A stretch of 64,000 nt of DNA from Planctomycetota bacterium (GTDB lineage: Bacteria; Planctomycetota; GCA-002687715; CAIWVZ01). Each line of letters starts with the position of its first letter. The first letter of the stretch is position 1. Below the pieces are notes generated by a model, which was given only the letters and a program-made list of their open reading frames with translations, ran no database searches and was not told the origin of the DNA. Below are positions 10,573 to 18,805 of the stretch, one piece after another. The translations under genes and the position numbers were made by a program. The stretch is taken from the NCBI GenBank assembly GCA_044222185.1, contig JBGANV010000001.1, positions 1,824,001 to 1,888,000 on the forward strand. Direction: 5' to 3'.

Positions 10573-11235
10573 TCAGTCCCCCCGCTCCCCGCGGTCAGGC
10601 GGGCCGTCGCAGCCCTCGCTGCGAACCCCGGCGTCGCCAGTCCCGGGATTGGGCACCCCGGGAGAGGAGCGGTTCGTTTCGGCCGCGATCCGCTGGACGG
10701 CCGTCCCCATCAGGAACTGCCGCACACCGTCCGCTGCCCGGAGCACGCTCGTATCGATCTCGAGTCGTTCCGCCGGAGAGAACGGCGAGAGCACATGCTC
10801 GCGCCAGCTCTCGGCTGGTACCGACCCGATTCCGATCCGAAGGCGTGGCACCGACTCGGTCTGCAGCGCGTCGATGACGGACCGCAGACCGTTGTGACCA
10901 CCGTGGCTGCCGCCCGCTCGAAAGCGCACGCGACCGGGAGCCAGCGCCATGTCGTCGAGGACCACGAGGACGCCATCCGGCGTTGCCTGGCACTCGTCGA
11001 GCATGGCTCGCACGGCCGGACCCGTGAGATTCACGTAGGTGTCCGGCTTCAGCAGCACGAAGGGCTCGCCACCGAGCTGCCCTCGCGCCACCCATCCGCG
11101 GCCCGCCTCGTGTGTGAACACGAGACGGAGCAGCGTCGCCACCTTGTCCACCACTTCGAACCCGACGTTGTGTCGGGTCCCTTCGTATCTGGCACCCGGG
11201 TTTCCGATCCCGACGACCAGCCGTGGGTGGCCCAA
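10573..11235 (-). CDS. pth: Peptidyl-tRNA hydrolase
   Basis: VGIGNPG, TRHNVGF, KPDTYVN, GGHNGLRS and RLRIGIG motifs. Confidence 0.95.
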   Translation of the reverse strand: MGHPRLVVGIGNPGARYEGTRHNVGFEVVDKVATLLRLVFTHEAGRGWVARGQLGGEPFVLLKPDTYVNLTGPAVRAMLDECQATPDGVLVVLDDMALAPGRVRFRAGGSHGGHNGLRSVIDALQTESVPRLRIGIGSVPAESWREHVLSPFSPAERLEIDTSVLRAADGVRQFLMGTAVQRIAAETNRSSPGVPNPGTGDAGVRSEGCDGPPDRGERGD

Positions 11236-11253
11236 GGGAGGCCCTCGAGAGAA

Positions 11254-11916
11254 CTACTTCTTGTCCTTCTCCGCCTTCGCGTCGGCCGCGCCTTCCTCTG
11301 GCTTCTTCTCCTTGAGGACGACGGGCTCGGCGGCCGCAGCGTCCGCCGGTGTACCGGCCGGGGCTTCGGCTTCGACGTGGCGGTAGTGGTACGAGGCGAG
11401 GGTCTTCTTCGGGTCGTCCGAAAGGCTCACGCCTGCCGGGAGCTTCAGGTCCTTCGCATCGACGTGTTCGCCGATCTTCAGACCTTCGAGGTTGACCGTG
11501 ATCGTCTTCGGAATCTCGGTCGGGAGGCACTCGACGAAAACGTCCTCGCTGACGTGATCGAGAACCGAACCGGCGACCATCTCAGGATGCCCTGAGAACG
11601 CCAGAGGAACGGAGACGCGAACGCGCGCGGTCAGGTCGATCCGGACGAAGTCGACGTGGATCATCTCCTTGCCGAACGTGTCCCACTGGACGTCCTTCAG
11701 CAGGGCAGCCTCCGTCTTGCCGGCGATCTCGAGCTTGAAGGTCTTGTTGCCTTCGTGGAACTCGTGATCGAAGACGTGATAGTCGACCGAGCAGGCGTGT
11801 GGGTCGCGGCCCAGGCCATAGACGACGGCCGGAACCTGCCCGCTGCGACGAACGCGACGTGACTCGGCGCTGCCCAGTTTCGGGCGCGGCTGCGTCTTCA
11901 GAATCGTGAGTTCCAT
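11254..11916 (-). CDS. rplY: 50S ribosomal protein L25/Ctc
   Basis: SRRVRRSGQVPAVVYG and HVDF motifs plus the C-terminal beta domain; located upstream of pth. Confidence 0.93.
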   Translation of the reverse strand: MELTILKTQPRPKLGSAESRRVRRSGQVPAVVYGLGRDPHACSVDYHVFDHEFHEGNKTFKLEIAGKTEAALLKDVQWDTFGKEMIHVDFVRIDLTARVRVSVPLAFSGHPEMVAGSVLDHVSEDVFVECLPTEIPKTITVNLEGLKIGEHVDAKDLKLPAGVSLSDDPKKTLASYHYRHVEAEAPAGTPADAAAAEPVVLKEKKPEEGAADAKAEKDKK

Positions 11917-13256
11917 CAGTGTCTTCCTGTCTTGTTCGATGAGTTCCTGGTCGATCGTGCGCGCGTCTTCCCACGTCGTTCGAGGCCCCGAGCCGGCACT
12001 CCGACGACCGTTCCGCCCGGCGGAACGTCGCGGCCTGCCGTCACGACGGCTCCGGCACCCGTCGTGGCACGATCACCCACGGTGATCGGTGCGACGAGGA
12101 CAGTGCCCGAACCGATGAATGCCTCCGAACCGATCTGCGTCCGATGCTTCGTGCGGCCGTCGTAGTTGGCCGTGATCGTCCCGGCGCCGATGTTCGTGTC
12201 GGATCCGACGTCCGCGTCCCCGAGGTAGGTCAGGTGACGCGCGAGCGTGCGAGCGCCGATACGGGAGGCCTTCACCTCGACGAAATTGCCGACCTGCGAT
12301 CCCTCCTCCATCACGGTCCCGGAACGGACGTGAGCGAAGGGTCCAACCCGACAATGGGCGGCGATGCTAACAGCCGTCCGAATCACCACAAAGGGTTCGA
12401 CGATCGTGCCCGCCCCGATGGAACACCCCACTTCGATGTGGGTTAGGTGCGGTGCGACGATGCGTACGCCGTTCTCCATGTGCTCGGCCACGAGGCGATC
12501 GTGGAGCATGGTCTGGGCCCGAACGAGTTCGAGCGGTCGGTTGATCCCGGAGACCTCCTCGAGGGCCGCCGTCAGATGTGTCGCGACCTTCCCGCGGTCC
12601 CCGAGCTCGAGCCCCAGCACGTCCGTCAGGTAGTACTCACCCTGGGCGTTCGCTCGGCCGACCTTGGGAAGCTGGCGGCGGAGGACGGCGGACCGGAACA
12701 CGTAGATCCCCGCGTTGATCTCCCGGATCGCCCGGATCTGGTCGGTGGCGTCCTTCTCCTCGACGATTCGCGAGAAGGCGCCGCGCGAGTCGCGAACGAT
12801 GCGCCCGAGGCCCGTCGGGTCCGGCACGACCCCGGTCAGCGCCGTGATGCTCGCCTTGGCGCGCCGGTGCTCCGTCACGATCGCCGCGAGCGTCGCCGGT
12901 CGGATCAACGGGACATCCCCAGAGAGGACGAGCACGTCCGAGTCGCCCTTGGGCAGCGCCGCCAGTCCGAACTTCACCGCATGCGCCGTCCCGAGCGGCT
13001 TCGGTTGTTTCGCGAAGCTCAGGTCGGACGCCGGGCCCAGGGTCTTCCTGATGAGCGGCAGGTGGCGCCCGGCGATGACGACGAGGCTTCGCGGCTTCAG
13101 CGTCCGGGCCGCTTCGATGACATGGCCGAGGAGCGGTCGCCCGAGCAGATCCACGAGCACCTTCGGCAGCGGGCTCTTCATCCGCTTGCCCTCGCCAGCC
13201 GCGAGGATGAGCACGTCCAATGGGCGCTTCAGGGCGAGTCTCCGTGCCGGGTTCAA
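11916..13256 (-). CDS. glmU: Bifunctional UDP-GlcNAc pyrophosphorylase / glucosamine-1-phosphate N-acetyltransferase
   Basis: ILAAGEGKRMKS..PKVL, GTAHA, QGEYYLTD, GNFVEVK, HLTYLGD and NIGAGTITANYDG motifs; TTG start uncertain. Confidence 0.93.
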   Translation of the reverse strand: MNPARRLALKRPLDVLILAAGEGKRMKSPLPKVLVDLLGRPLLGHVIEAARTLKPRSLVVIAGRHLPLIRKTLGPASDLSFAKQPKPLGTAHAVKFGLAALPKGDSDVLVLSGDVPLIRPATLAAIVTEHRRAKASITALTGVVPDPTGLGRIVRDSRGAFSRIVEEKDATDQIRAIREINAGIYVFRSAVLRRQLPKVGRANAQGEYYLTDVLGLELGDRGKVATHLTAALEEVSGINRPLELVRAQTMLHDRLVAEHMENGVRIVAPHLTHIEVGCSIGAGTIVEPFVVIRTAVSIAAHCRVGPFAHVRSGTVMEEGSQVGNFVEVKASRIGARTLARHLTYLGDADVGSDTNIGAGTITANYDGRTKHRTQIGSEAFIGSGTVLVAPITVGDRATTGAGAVVTAGRDVPPGGTVVGVPARGLERRGKTRARSTRNSSNKTGRH

Positions 13257-13290
13257 AGAAGAAGACCCGAGAGCACGCTCCCGGGTCTTC
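13254..13290 (-). terminator. Intrinsic terminator-like hairpin after the tRNA-Gln pair
   Basis: Minus strand reads GAAGACCCGGGAG-CGTG-CTCTCGGGTCTTC followed by TTCTTTG. Confidence 0.6.
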
Positions 13291-13299
13291 GACGCATCA

Positions 13300-13371
13300 T
13301 TACCCTGCTAGGACTCGAACCTAGAATTGCAGGGCCAGAACCTGCCGTGTTACCAATTACACCACAGGGTA
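13300..13371 (-). tRNA. tRNA-Gln (anticodon CTG)
   Basis: Cloverleaf: acceptor stem TACCCTG/CAGGGTA, D-arm GGTGTAATTGGTAACAC, anticodon arm GCAGG-TTCTGGC-CCTGC, T-loop GTTCGAGTC; CCA not encoded. Confidence 0.95.
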
Positions 13372-13472
13372 GTGGTGGCGCGGGAGACGAGCCCCCGCCC
13401 GCGATCGAGCGAGACTGTATCGGTGGCCGAACGTGATTCAACGGGACGCCATCGGGAGCGACCGCGCCGAAG

Positions 13473-13544
13473 TTACCCCGCCAGGACTCGAACCTGGAAT
13501 AACAGGACCAAAACCTGCTGTGTTACCAATTACACCACGGGGTA
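13473..13544 (-). tRNA. tRNA-Gln (anticodon TTG)
   Basis: Cloverleaf: acceptor stem TACCCCG/CGGGGTA, anticodon arm GCAGG-TTTTGGT-CCTGT, T-loop GTTCGAGTC; CCA not encoded. Confidence 0.95.
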
Positions 13545-13617
13545 GCGGGGCCACGTTGTACCACAGCAGGTGCGTGCGCAAACACCGCGCGGAGCGGCTG
13601 AAAATGAGGTCGACCCC

Positions 13618-14640
13618 GTGATCCGAGCACGCACCTTCTCGCTTGCCGCCCTCTCCCTCCTGGTGCTCTCCGGATGCGACACTTCGGCGCCGCTCGCGGT
13701 CTTCGCGCGGGACGAGGGCCTGGTCGCCCTGGCGACGGGTCAGCCCGGCGACGAGTTCGCGCTGTTCGCCGGTCCCGCGAACGGACCGCATCACCTGGGG
13801 AACGGTCGCGTGTGGACGACCGTCGGCAGCGAGCAGCCTGTACCGAAGGGGTCGGGCCGCGAACTGGGGCATGGCGTCTTTCCGGCGGCGGATGACCACG
13901 GGATCGCGGTCGTGACCCTCGTCGTTCCCTGGGACAAGCTCCCGGAGGACGTGGTCGTCGTCCAAGGCGTCGTCTTCGTCGGTGCCGACCGCCGGCAGGC
14001 CCCTCGCGGAGTGACAGCGGCGTACGCCGTGCGGGGCCCCCCCAATCCGCGTGAGGTCTGGCAGCACTGGCTCTTCACGCTCCTGTGGCCGCTGCGATGG
14101 CGGTGGCTGGTCCTTCCCGCGCTCGCGATCGTGGTTCTCGGGCTTCGTCGGGTACGGATCGCGCCAGCTCCCCGGATCTGGCGGATCGCGGCGCTGCTCG
14201 CCTGCGCGGTCTGGCTCCTCGGCGAGCGCGGCGACGTGCCCCGAGCGAAATTCGCTCAAACCGGTTCCGATCGGGCCATGCCGCTGATCTGGCCGCGGGG
14301 CGATCAACGGCAGGCCTCGCCCTCGAGCCCGGTCGACCGACTCATGCGACCGGGAGTCGAGGCGCTCATCACCGCCACACGTGAACTCGTGCCGCCCACC
14401 GCGTCGCTCGTGGTCGTCCCCAGATCCTCCGACGGACCGGCGCAGCGCGAGGCCATGGAGGCGAACTGGATGCTCTGGCCGCGCGTTCGGGCGGCGGCGC
14501 TGCCGAACGAATCGTGGCGCACGGCCGCCGAGTACGCGCTCGTGTTCACTCCTCCGACGCCTGCCGACTCGACGGCGACCGCGGTCTTCAAGAACGATGC
14601 CGGCGTGATCCTGCGACTGAAGACGGAGGAGCCGCGGTGA
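13618..14640 (+). CDS. Hypothetical membrane lipoprotein
   Basis: GTG start after GAGG; lipobox LSGC; internal hydrophobic segments; overlaps the next gene (GTGA). Confidence 0.6.
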   Translation: MIRARTFSLAALSLLVLSGCDTSAPLAVFARDEGLVALATGQPGDEFALFAGPANGPHHLGNGRVWTTVGSEQPVPKGSGRELGHGVFPAADDHGIAVVTLVVPWDKLPEDVVVVQGVVFVGADRRQAPRGVTAAYAVRGPPNPREVWQHWLFTLLWPLRWRWLVLPALAIVVLGLRRVRIAPAPRIWRIAALLACAVWLLGERGDVPRAKFAQTGSDRAMPLIWPRGDQRQASPSSPVDRLMRPGVEALITATRELVPPTASLVVVPRSSDGPAQREAMEANWMLWPRVRAAALPNESWRTAAEYALVFTPPTPADSTATAVFKNDAGVILRLKTEEPR

Positions 14641-16097
14641 TCAGCGATACCCACCTCTTCTCGTCCGCCGCCATGCTCCTCCTCGCGTGGCCTCTCGGCT
14701 GGCTCGCGTCGGCCTTCCTCCCGAGCCCCACGTCGCGCATCGCACGCGGTGGCACCACGCTCCTCGCTGGGCTTGCCGGTTCGGCCGCGATTCTCAACGC
14801 GCTCCTCTGCCTGGGATTCACCGCCGGGACGGGCGGCGTGATCTGTGCGACCGCGGGCGTGCTCGGCGCGAGCGCACGGGTCGTGTCGATGAGACGCACG
14901 AAGGGGATCGTCACGAGCGAGCCTGGACCGCCCGTTGCGACGCGTGTCTTCGCGGAGTTCGCCGCCGTCGTCACCGTGGGGCTGGTCTGCGCCACGCCGG
15001 CGTTTCACGTTCACGACGTGATCGTCCACGACCACGACGCCGTGTACATCTGGGCACCGAAGATCGCGCGTGCGTTGACGGAAGCGCCACCGCGTCTGAG
15101 CGACATCTCAGTGCAGTTCCATCCCGAGTATCCGCGCGGCCTGGCCGTCCTGACCGCCGCAGTCGGTGCCGCGTTCCAGCCCATCGACCCGAGACTCCCG
15201 CGCGCAGTGCCCCTCGTCATCTTCGCGGCGATGCTGCTCGCCGTGTTCGATGCCTTGGCCTGCCGCCGCAACGTCACAGGCGGAGCACTCGCGGTGCTGA
15301 TCCTCGGCGCGCTTCCGCTCCTCGTCCACTACGGCATCTCGGGGTTGTGCGACGTGCCGCTGGCCGCGTGCATGGTCCTCGTCACGATGGGGCTCGCGCC
15401 CACGGCGACGGGCGCGCGCGCCTGGCCGCTCGCGCTCGCGGGCGCCCTCGGGGCCGCGTCTCTGAAGGACGAAGGAATGATCGCCGCCGTCGCGTCCGTG
15501 GCGGTGATGCTCGTCTGGGCACTTCGCCAGCGCCGCGTTGGAGTCACGCTGGGAGTCGTCGCGGCCTGCGTCGCCGTGCTCGGGCCGTGGCTCATGCTGA
15601 AGCGGCAACTCATGCAAGAGCTGCTGAAGGACGACCCGATCCGCGGCCTCAGTGGGTTCGCGAGCATGGGCCGCAGCTTCTTCATGCTCGACAGCGGCCG
15701 GCAGAACCTGGGAATGCTCCTGCTTCGCGTCGATCAACTCGTCCGCGAAGTGGCACACCTTCTCCTCGGCTTCCCCGACCCGTCGCCGGGCGGAGTCGCA
15801 ATGCCCATGGTGACGCCGGGCGCGAACACGGCCGGGCACGTGGCCCTCGTCGCCATGGGAATCCTGGTCGTCGGACGGCAGCGCGTATTCCCGATATTGC
15901 CCGTGGGGATTCTCCTCGCAGCGCACTTCGTCGTCGTTGCGATCACTCCCGAGCCACTCGATTGGCAGGTGATGACCGCCTACGATCGGCTGCTGCTCCA
16001 GGCGACGCCCGCTCTGGTCCTGGCGGCCATCCACCGCCTGACGGCGCCGGTGTCTCAGCCGGCGACCGTAGGCACGAGCGGCAACCCGAGCACGTGA
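14637..16097 (+). CDS. Polytopic membrane protein, probable GT-C fold glycosyltransferase
   Basis: About 11-13 TM segments; loop motifs DAVYIW..K, HPEYP, G.CDVPLA, K.EG and T..DRLLLQ. Confidence 0.65.
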   Translation: MISDTHLFSSAAMLLLAWPLGWLASAFLPSPTSRIARGGTTLLAGLAGSAAILNALLCLGFTAGTGGVICATAGVLGASARVVSMRRTKGIVTSEPGPPVATRVFAEFAAVVTVGLVCATPAFHVHDVIVHDHDAVYIWAPKIARALTEAPPRLSDISVQFHPEYPRGLAVLTAAVGAAFQPIDPRLPRAVPLVIFAAMLLAVFDALACRRNVTGGALAVLILGALPLLVHYGISGLCDVPLAACMVLVTMGLAPTATGARAWPLALAGALGAASLKDEGMIAAVASVAVMLVWALRQRRVGVTLGVVAACVAVLGPWLMLKRQLMQELLKDDPIRGLSGFASMGRSFFMLDSGRQNLGMLLLRVDQLVREVAHLLLGFPDPSPGGVAMPMVTPGANTAGHVALVAMGILVVGRQRVFPILPVGILLAAHFVVVAITPEPLDWQVMTAYDRLLLQATPALVLAAIHRLTAPVSQPATVGTSGNPST

Positions 16098-17326
16098 CGT
16101 CGGATCAGATCCAACGCACGCTCGCGTGCGTAGAGTCGGATCGCTTGCCGGTCGCCGACGAATCCGTGCCGGATCGCGACGGTCCCGCGCGCATCGGCCA
16201 GAGCGAACCAGGTCGTACCGACGGGCTTCGCATCCGAGCCGCCGCTCGGGCCCGCGATGCCCGAGACAGACAGCGCGAGGTCCGCGCGTCCGCGTGTGCG
16301 CGCGCCCTCGGCCATGGCGCGGACGCACGCCTCCGACACGGCGCCCGATGTCGCCAGCGTCTCGGGCATGACACCCAGCAGGTCGACCTTCGCCTCGTTC
16401 GCATACGTCACGAACCCGGCCTTGAAGATCTGGGAGATCCCCGGGACCTCCACGAGCGCGTCGGCGATCATGCCGCCGGTGATGGACTCGGCCAGCGCAA
16501 GCGTGATGTTCCGTTTCAGCAGCAGCTCGCCGACGCAGACGTTCATGGGGACGTCTCCGTCCGCGACGACGGCATCACCCAGGCGGCGACGGATCTCGGC
16601 CACGTCGTCATCGAGCTTGCGCGACGCCCGCGCGCCGTCCGGGTCGCGTGACTCGAGGGCGAGGACCACGCGGCCGAGCTTGGGATAACTGCCGATTTGC
16701 GGATCGCGTCCGCGGGCCATGAGGTCGGCGACGAGTTGGCCGACCCGAACCTCGGGGACGCCCGCGATCGTCACCTGCCTCGCCGCGGGCGCGGGGCCGC
16801 GCGCGGCGCGGGCGCGGATGCGCGGGATGAGCTCCGTCTCCGCGATGACGCGGAACTCCGAGGGGACGCCGGGCAGGACGATCAGGAGCCCCTTCGCGTC
16901 GTCGAGCAGAATCGCGGGCGCGGTGCCGACGGGATTCGCGACCATCTTCGTCCCCAGGGGGAGATCCGCCTGGACGAGACTCCCTTCCGGCATGGGACGG
17001 TTGCGCCTCGCGTAGATGTCCTCGAGGAAGGCGACGGCGGCGGGGTCGCGACCCAGCGTCACGCCCATGGCGAGAGCCAGCCCCTCACGCGTCAGGTCGT
17101 CCCGCGTCGGTCCCAGCCCCCCGCCGACGACGACCACGTCCGCACGGGATCGCGCGTCGGTGATGGCGGCGGCGATGGCGCCGACGTCATCCTCCACGGT
17201 CGCGCGGAACGTCACGGGGAATCCGTTCGACCGAAGCAGGCTGCTCAACCAATGGGCATTCAGGTCGACGACCCGCCCAGCCAGGAGTTCGTCGCCCACG
17301 CTGATGATGGCCGCGCCGGACTTCAT
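16055..17326 (-). CDS. cinA: CinA family competence/damage-inducible protein (MoCF-biosynthesis-like domain + NMN deamidase)
   Basis: SVGDELL.G, GGLGPTRDDLT, PGVPSE, AESITGG and SGIAGPSGG motifs; ATG at 17326 overlaps the tatC stop. Confidence 0.92.
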   Translation of the reverse strand: MKSGAAIISVGDELLAGRVVDLNAHWLSSLLRSNGFPVTFRATVEDDVGAIAAAITDARSRADVVVVGGGLGPTRDDLTREGLALAMGVTLGRDPAAVAFLEDIYARRNRPMPEGSLVQADLPLGTKMVANPVGTAPAILLDDAKGLLIVLPGVPSEFRVIAETELIPRIRARAARGPAPAARQVTIAGVPEVRVGQLVADLMARGRDPQIGSYPKLGRVVLALESRDPDGARASRKLDDDVAEIRRRLGDAVVADGDVPMNVCVGELLLKRNITLALAESITGGMIADALVEVPGISQIFKAGFVTYANEAKVDLLGVMPETLATSGAVSEACVRAMAEGARTRGRADLALSVSGIAGPSGGSDAKPVGTTWFALADARGTVAIRHGFVGDRQAIRLYARERALDLIRRHVLGLPLVPTVAG

Positions 17327-18690
17327 CGGGGGCTCCGCCGCGAATCGCCCGCGGTATCGGGTTGGATGAACGATTCGGCGCCATGCACGCCGACCCAATC
17401 CTGTGCGGCCTTCAGTGCGGCGTCGCGATCGTCCGGAAGCCGGGTGTGCATGAGGATCTCGAAGACGCGCCGGGCGAACGCCCGCGTGTCGGAGCCGCCG
17501 GATTCCAACGCCGTGAGGACGGCGCGGAGCGTTTGGGAAAGCGGGAGGTTCGCGGGGGTGGAGATGTCCCACACGGTGGCGCCGGCCTGAATGCTCATCG
17601 CGCGGTATCCACCGCTGCGGACTTCGACGGCCACGGCCTTCTCGTCCGACGGATTGAACTGCAGGCACGCGAGGCGATCGCCCGCCGTGATGAGCATCAG
17701 AGGTGAATTCACCGCCTCCCCCACCTGCATGGCGCCGTCGGCTCGAACACCGAACACGTTTCGTCCGAGTTCCCGCCACGGCAGATTCCCGTCCGTCGCC
17801 ATCTCGACGCGGCGATCGGCCTGCATTCCCGCCCAGAACCGCTCGAGGCGGCTACGCAGCAGGATCAGGACGATGAGCACACCGGCGATGATGCGCGCCC
17901 GCTTGCGCCAGAGGTCCCACCGCACGGGCGGGCGATCCTGGCCCTGGGCAAGCCAGCACAGGAGGATCCCCATCTCGAAGAGGAAGCACAGCGGAAGTGC
18001 GACGAGCGACTGAGTGATCGGGTCCGGCGGCGTGATGACCCCCGAGACCACGAAGATGATGAGGATCGTGATGCGTCGCTTCTTGCGGAACGTCTCGGGC
18101 GTGAAGATCCCGGCCTTCACCAAGCCGATCATCACGACCGGAAACTGGAATGCGACTCCCACCAAGAGCGTGAGCGTGGAGAAGAACGAGAGGTACTCGC
18201 CGAGCTGGATCCAGCTCTGGATGATCGCGGGGTCGGCGAAGCGAAGGAGGTACCCGAGTCCGACGGGAAGCAGGGTCAGGTAACCGAACACGGTGCCGGC
18301 GATGAACAGGAACAGTGAAAGCGGCGCGAACCGATAGACCCAGCGCTTCTCGCGGTCGTAGAGGCCGGCGGCGATGAAAGCCCAAAGCTGGTAGAGCCAG
18401 ACCGGCGCGGCCGTCGCGAGCCCGACGATGAGCCCGATCTTGAAGTAGGTGACGAAGGTCTCGGTCACCCCGGCGACCTTCAGCGTCGGGTCCGCGTGCA
18501 ACGCCCGCATCGCCGACTGGTAGGGGGCGACGATCACCTCCATCAGCTCGGACGCGAAGCATGACGCGACGACCGTCGTGACGAGCGTCGCGAGCAGCGA
18601 ACGGATCAGCCGAGTTCGAAGCTCGTCCAGATGCTCGCCAAACGTCATCCGGGATCGGTCGAGAGGGTCAGGCGTCGTGGCGTCACCCAT
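17323..18690 (-). CDS. tatC: Twin-arginine translocase subunit TatC with C-terminal extension
   Basis: EHLDELRTRL, YQLWAFIAAGLY..EK, FQFPV and ITPPDPITQ motifs, followed by ~200 extra residues. Confidence 0.9.
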   Translation of the reverse strand: MGDATTPDPLDRSRMTFGEHLDELRTRLIRSLLATLVTTVVASCFASELMEVIVAPYQSAMRALHADPTLKVAGVTETFVTYFKIGLIVGLATAAPVWLYQLWAFIAAGLYDREKRWVYRFAPLSLFLFIAGTVFGYLTLLPVGLGYLLRFADPAIIQSWIQLGEYLSFFSTLTLLVGVAFQFPVVMIGLVKAGIFTPETFRKKRRITILIIFVVSGVITPPDPITQSLVALPLCFLFEMGILLCWLAQGQDRPPVRWDLWRKRARIIAGVLIVLILLRSRLERFWAGMQADRRVEMATDGNLPWRELGRNVFGVRADGAMQVGEAVNSPLMLITAGDRLACLQFNPSDEKAVAVEVRSGGYRAMSIQAGATVWDISTPANLPLSQTLRAVLTALESGGSDTRAFARRVFEILMHTRLPDDRDAALKAAQDWVGVHGAESFIQPDTAGDSRRSPR

Positions 18691-18745
18691 GGGCGCGGCC
18701 AGCGTGGCACGAACTGCGCCGGCGCAGAAGAGGCGTCACCCCCAG

Positions 18746-18788
18746 GAACGAAAGCACCCCGTCTCCGGCGTGCGGAGGACGGGGTGTT
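18746..18788 (-). terminator. Intrinsic terminator-like hairpin after the BRCT-domain gene
   Basis: Minus strand reads CACCCCGTCCTCCG-CACGC-CGGAGACGGGGTG followed by CTTTCGTT. Confidence 0.6.
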
Positions 18789-18805
18789 CGGTGCGACGAG
18801 CGAGG

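Noticed and set aside
13300-13544. tRNA pair as an integration-site duplication (attL/attR)
   Set aside because: Both are complete tRNAs with different anticodons, and no mobile genes are adjacent.
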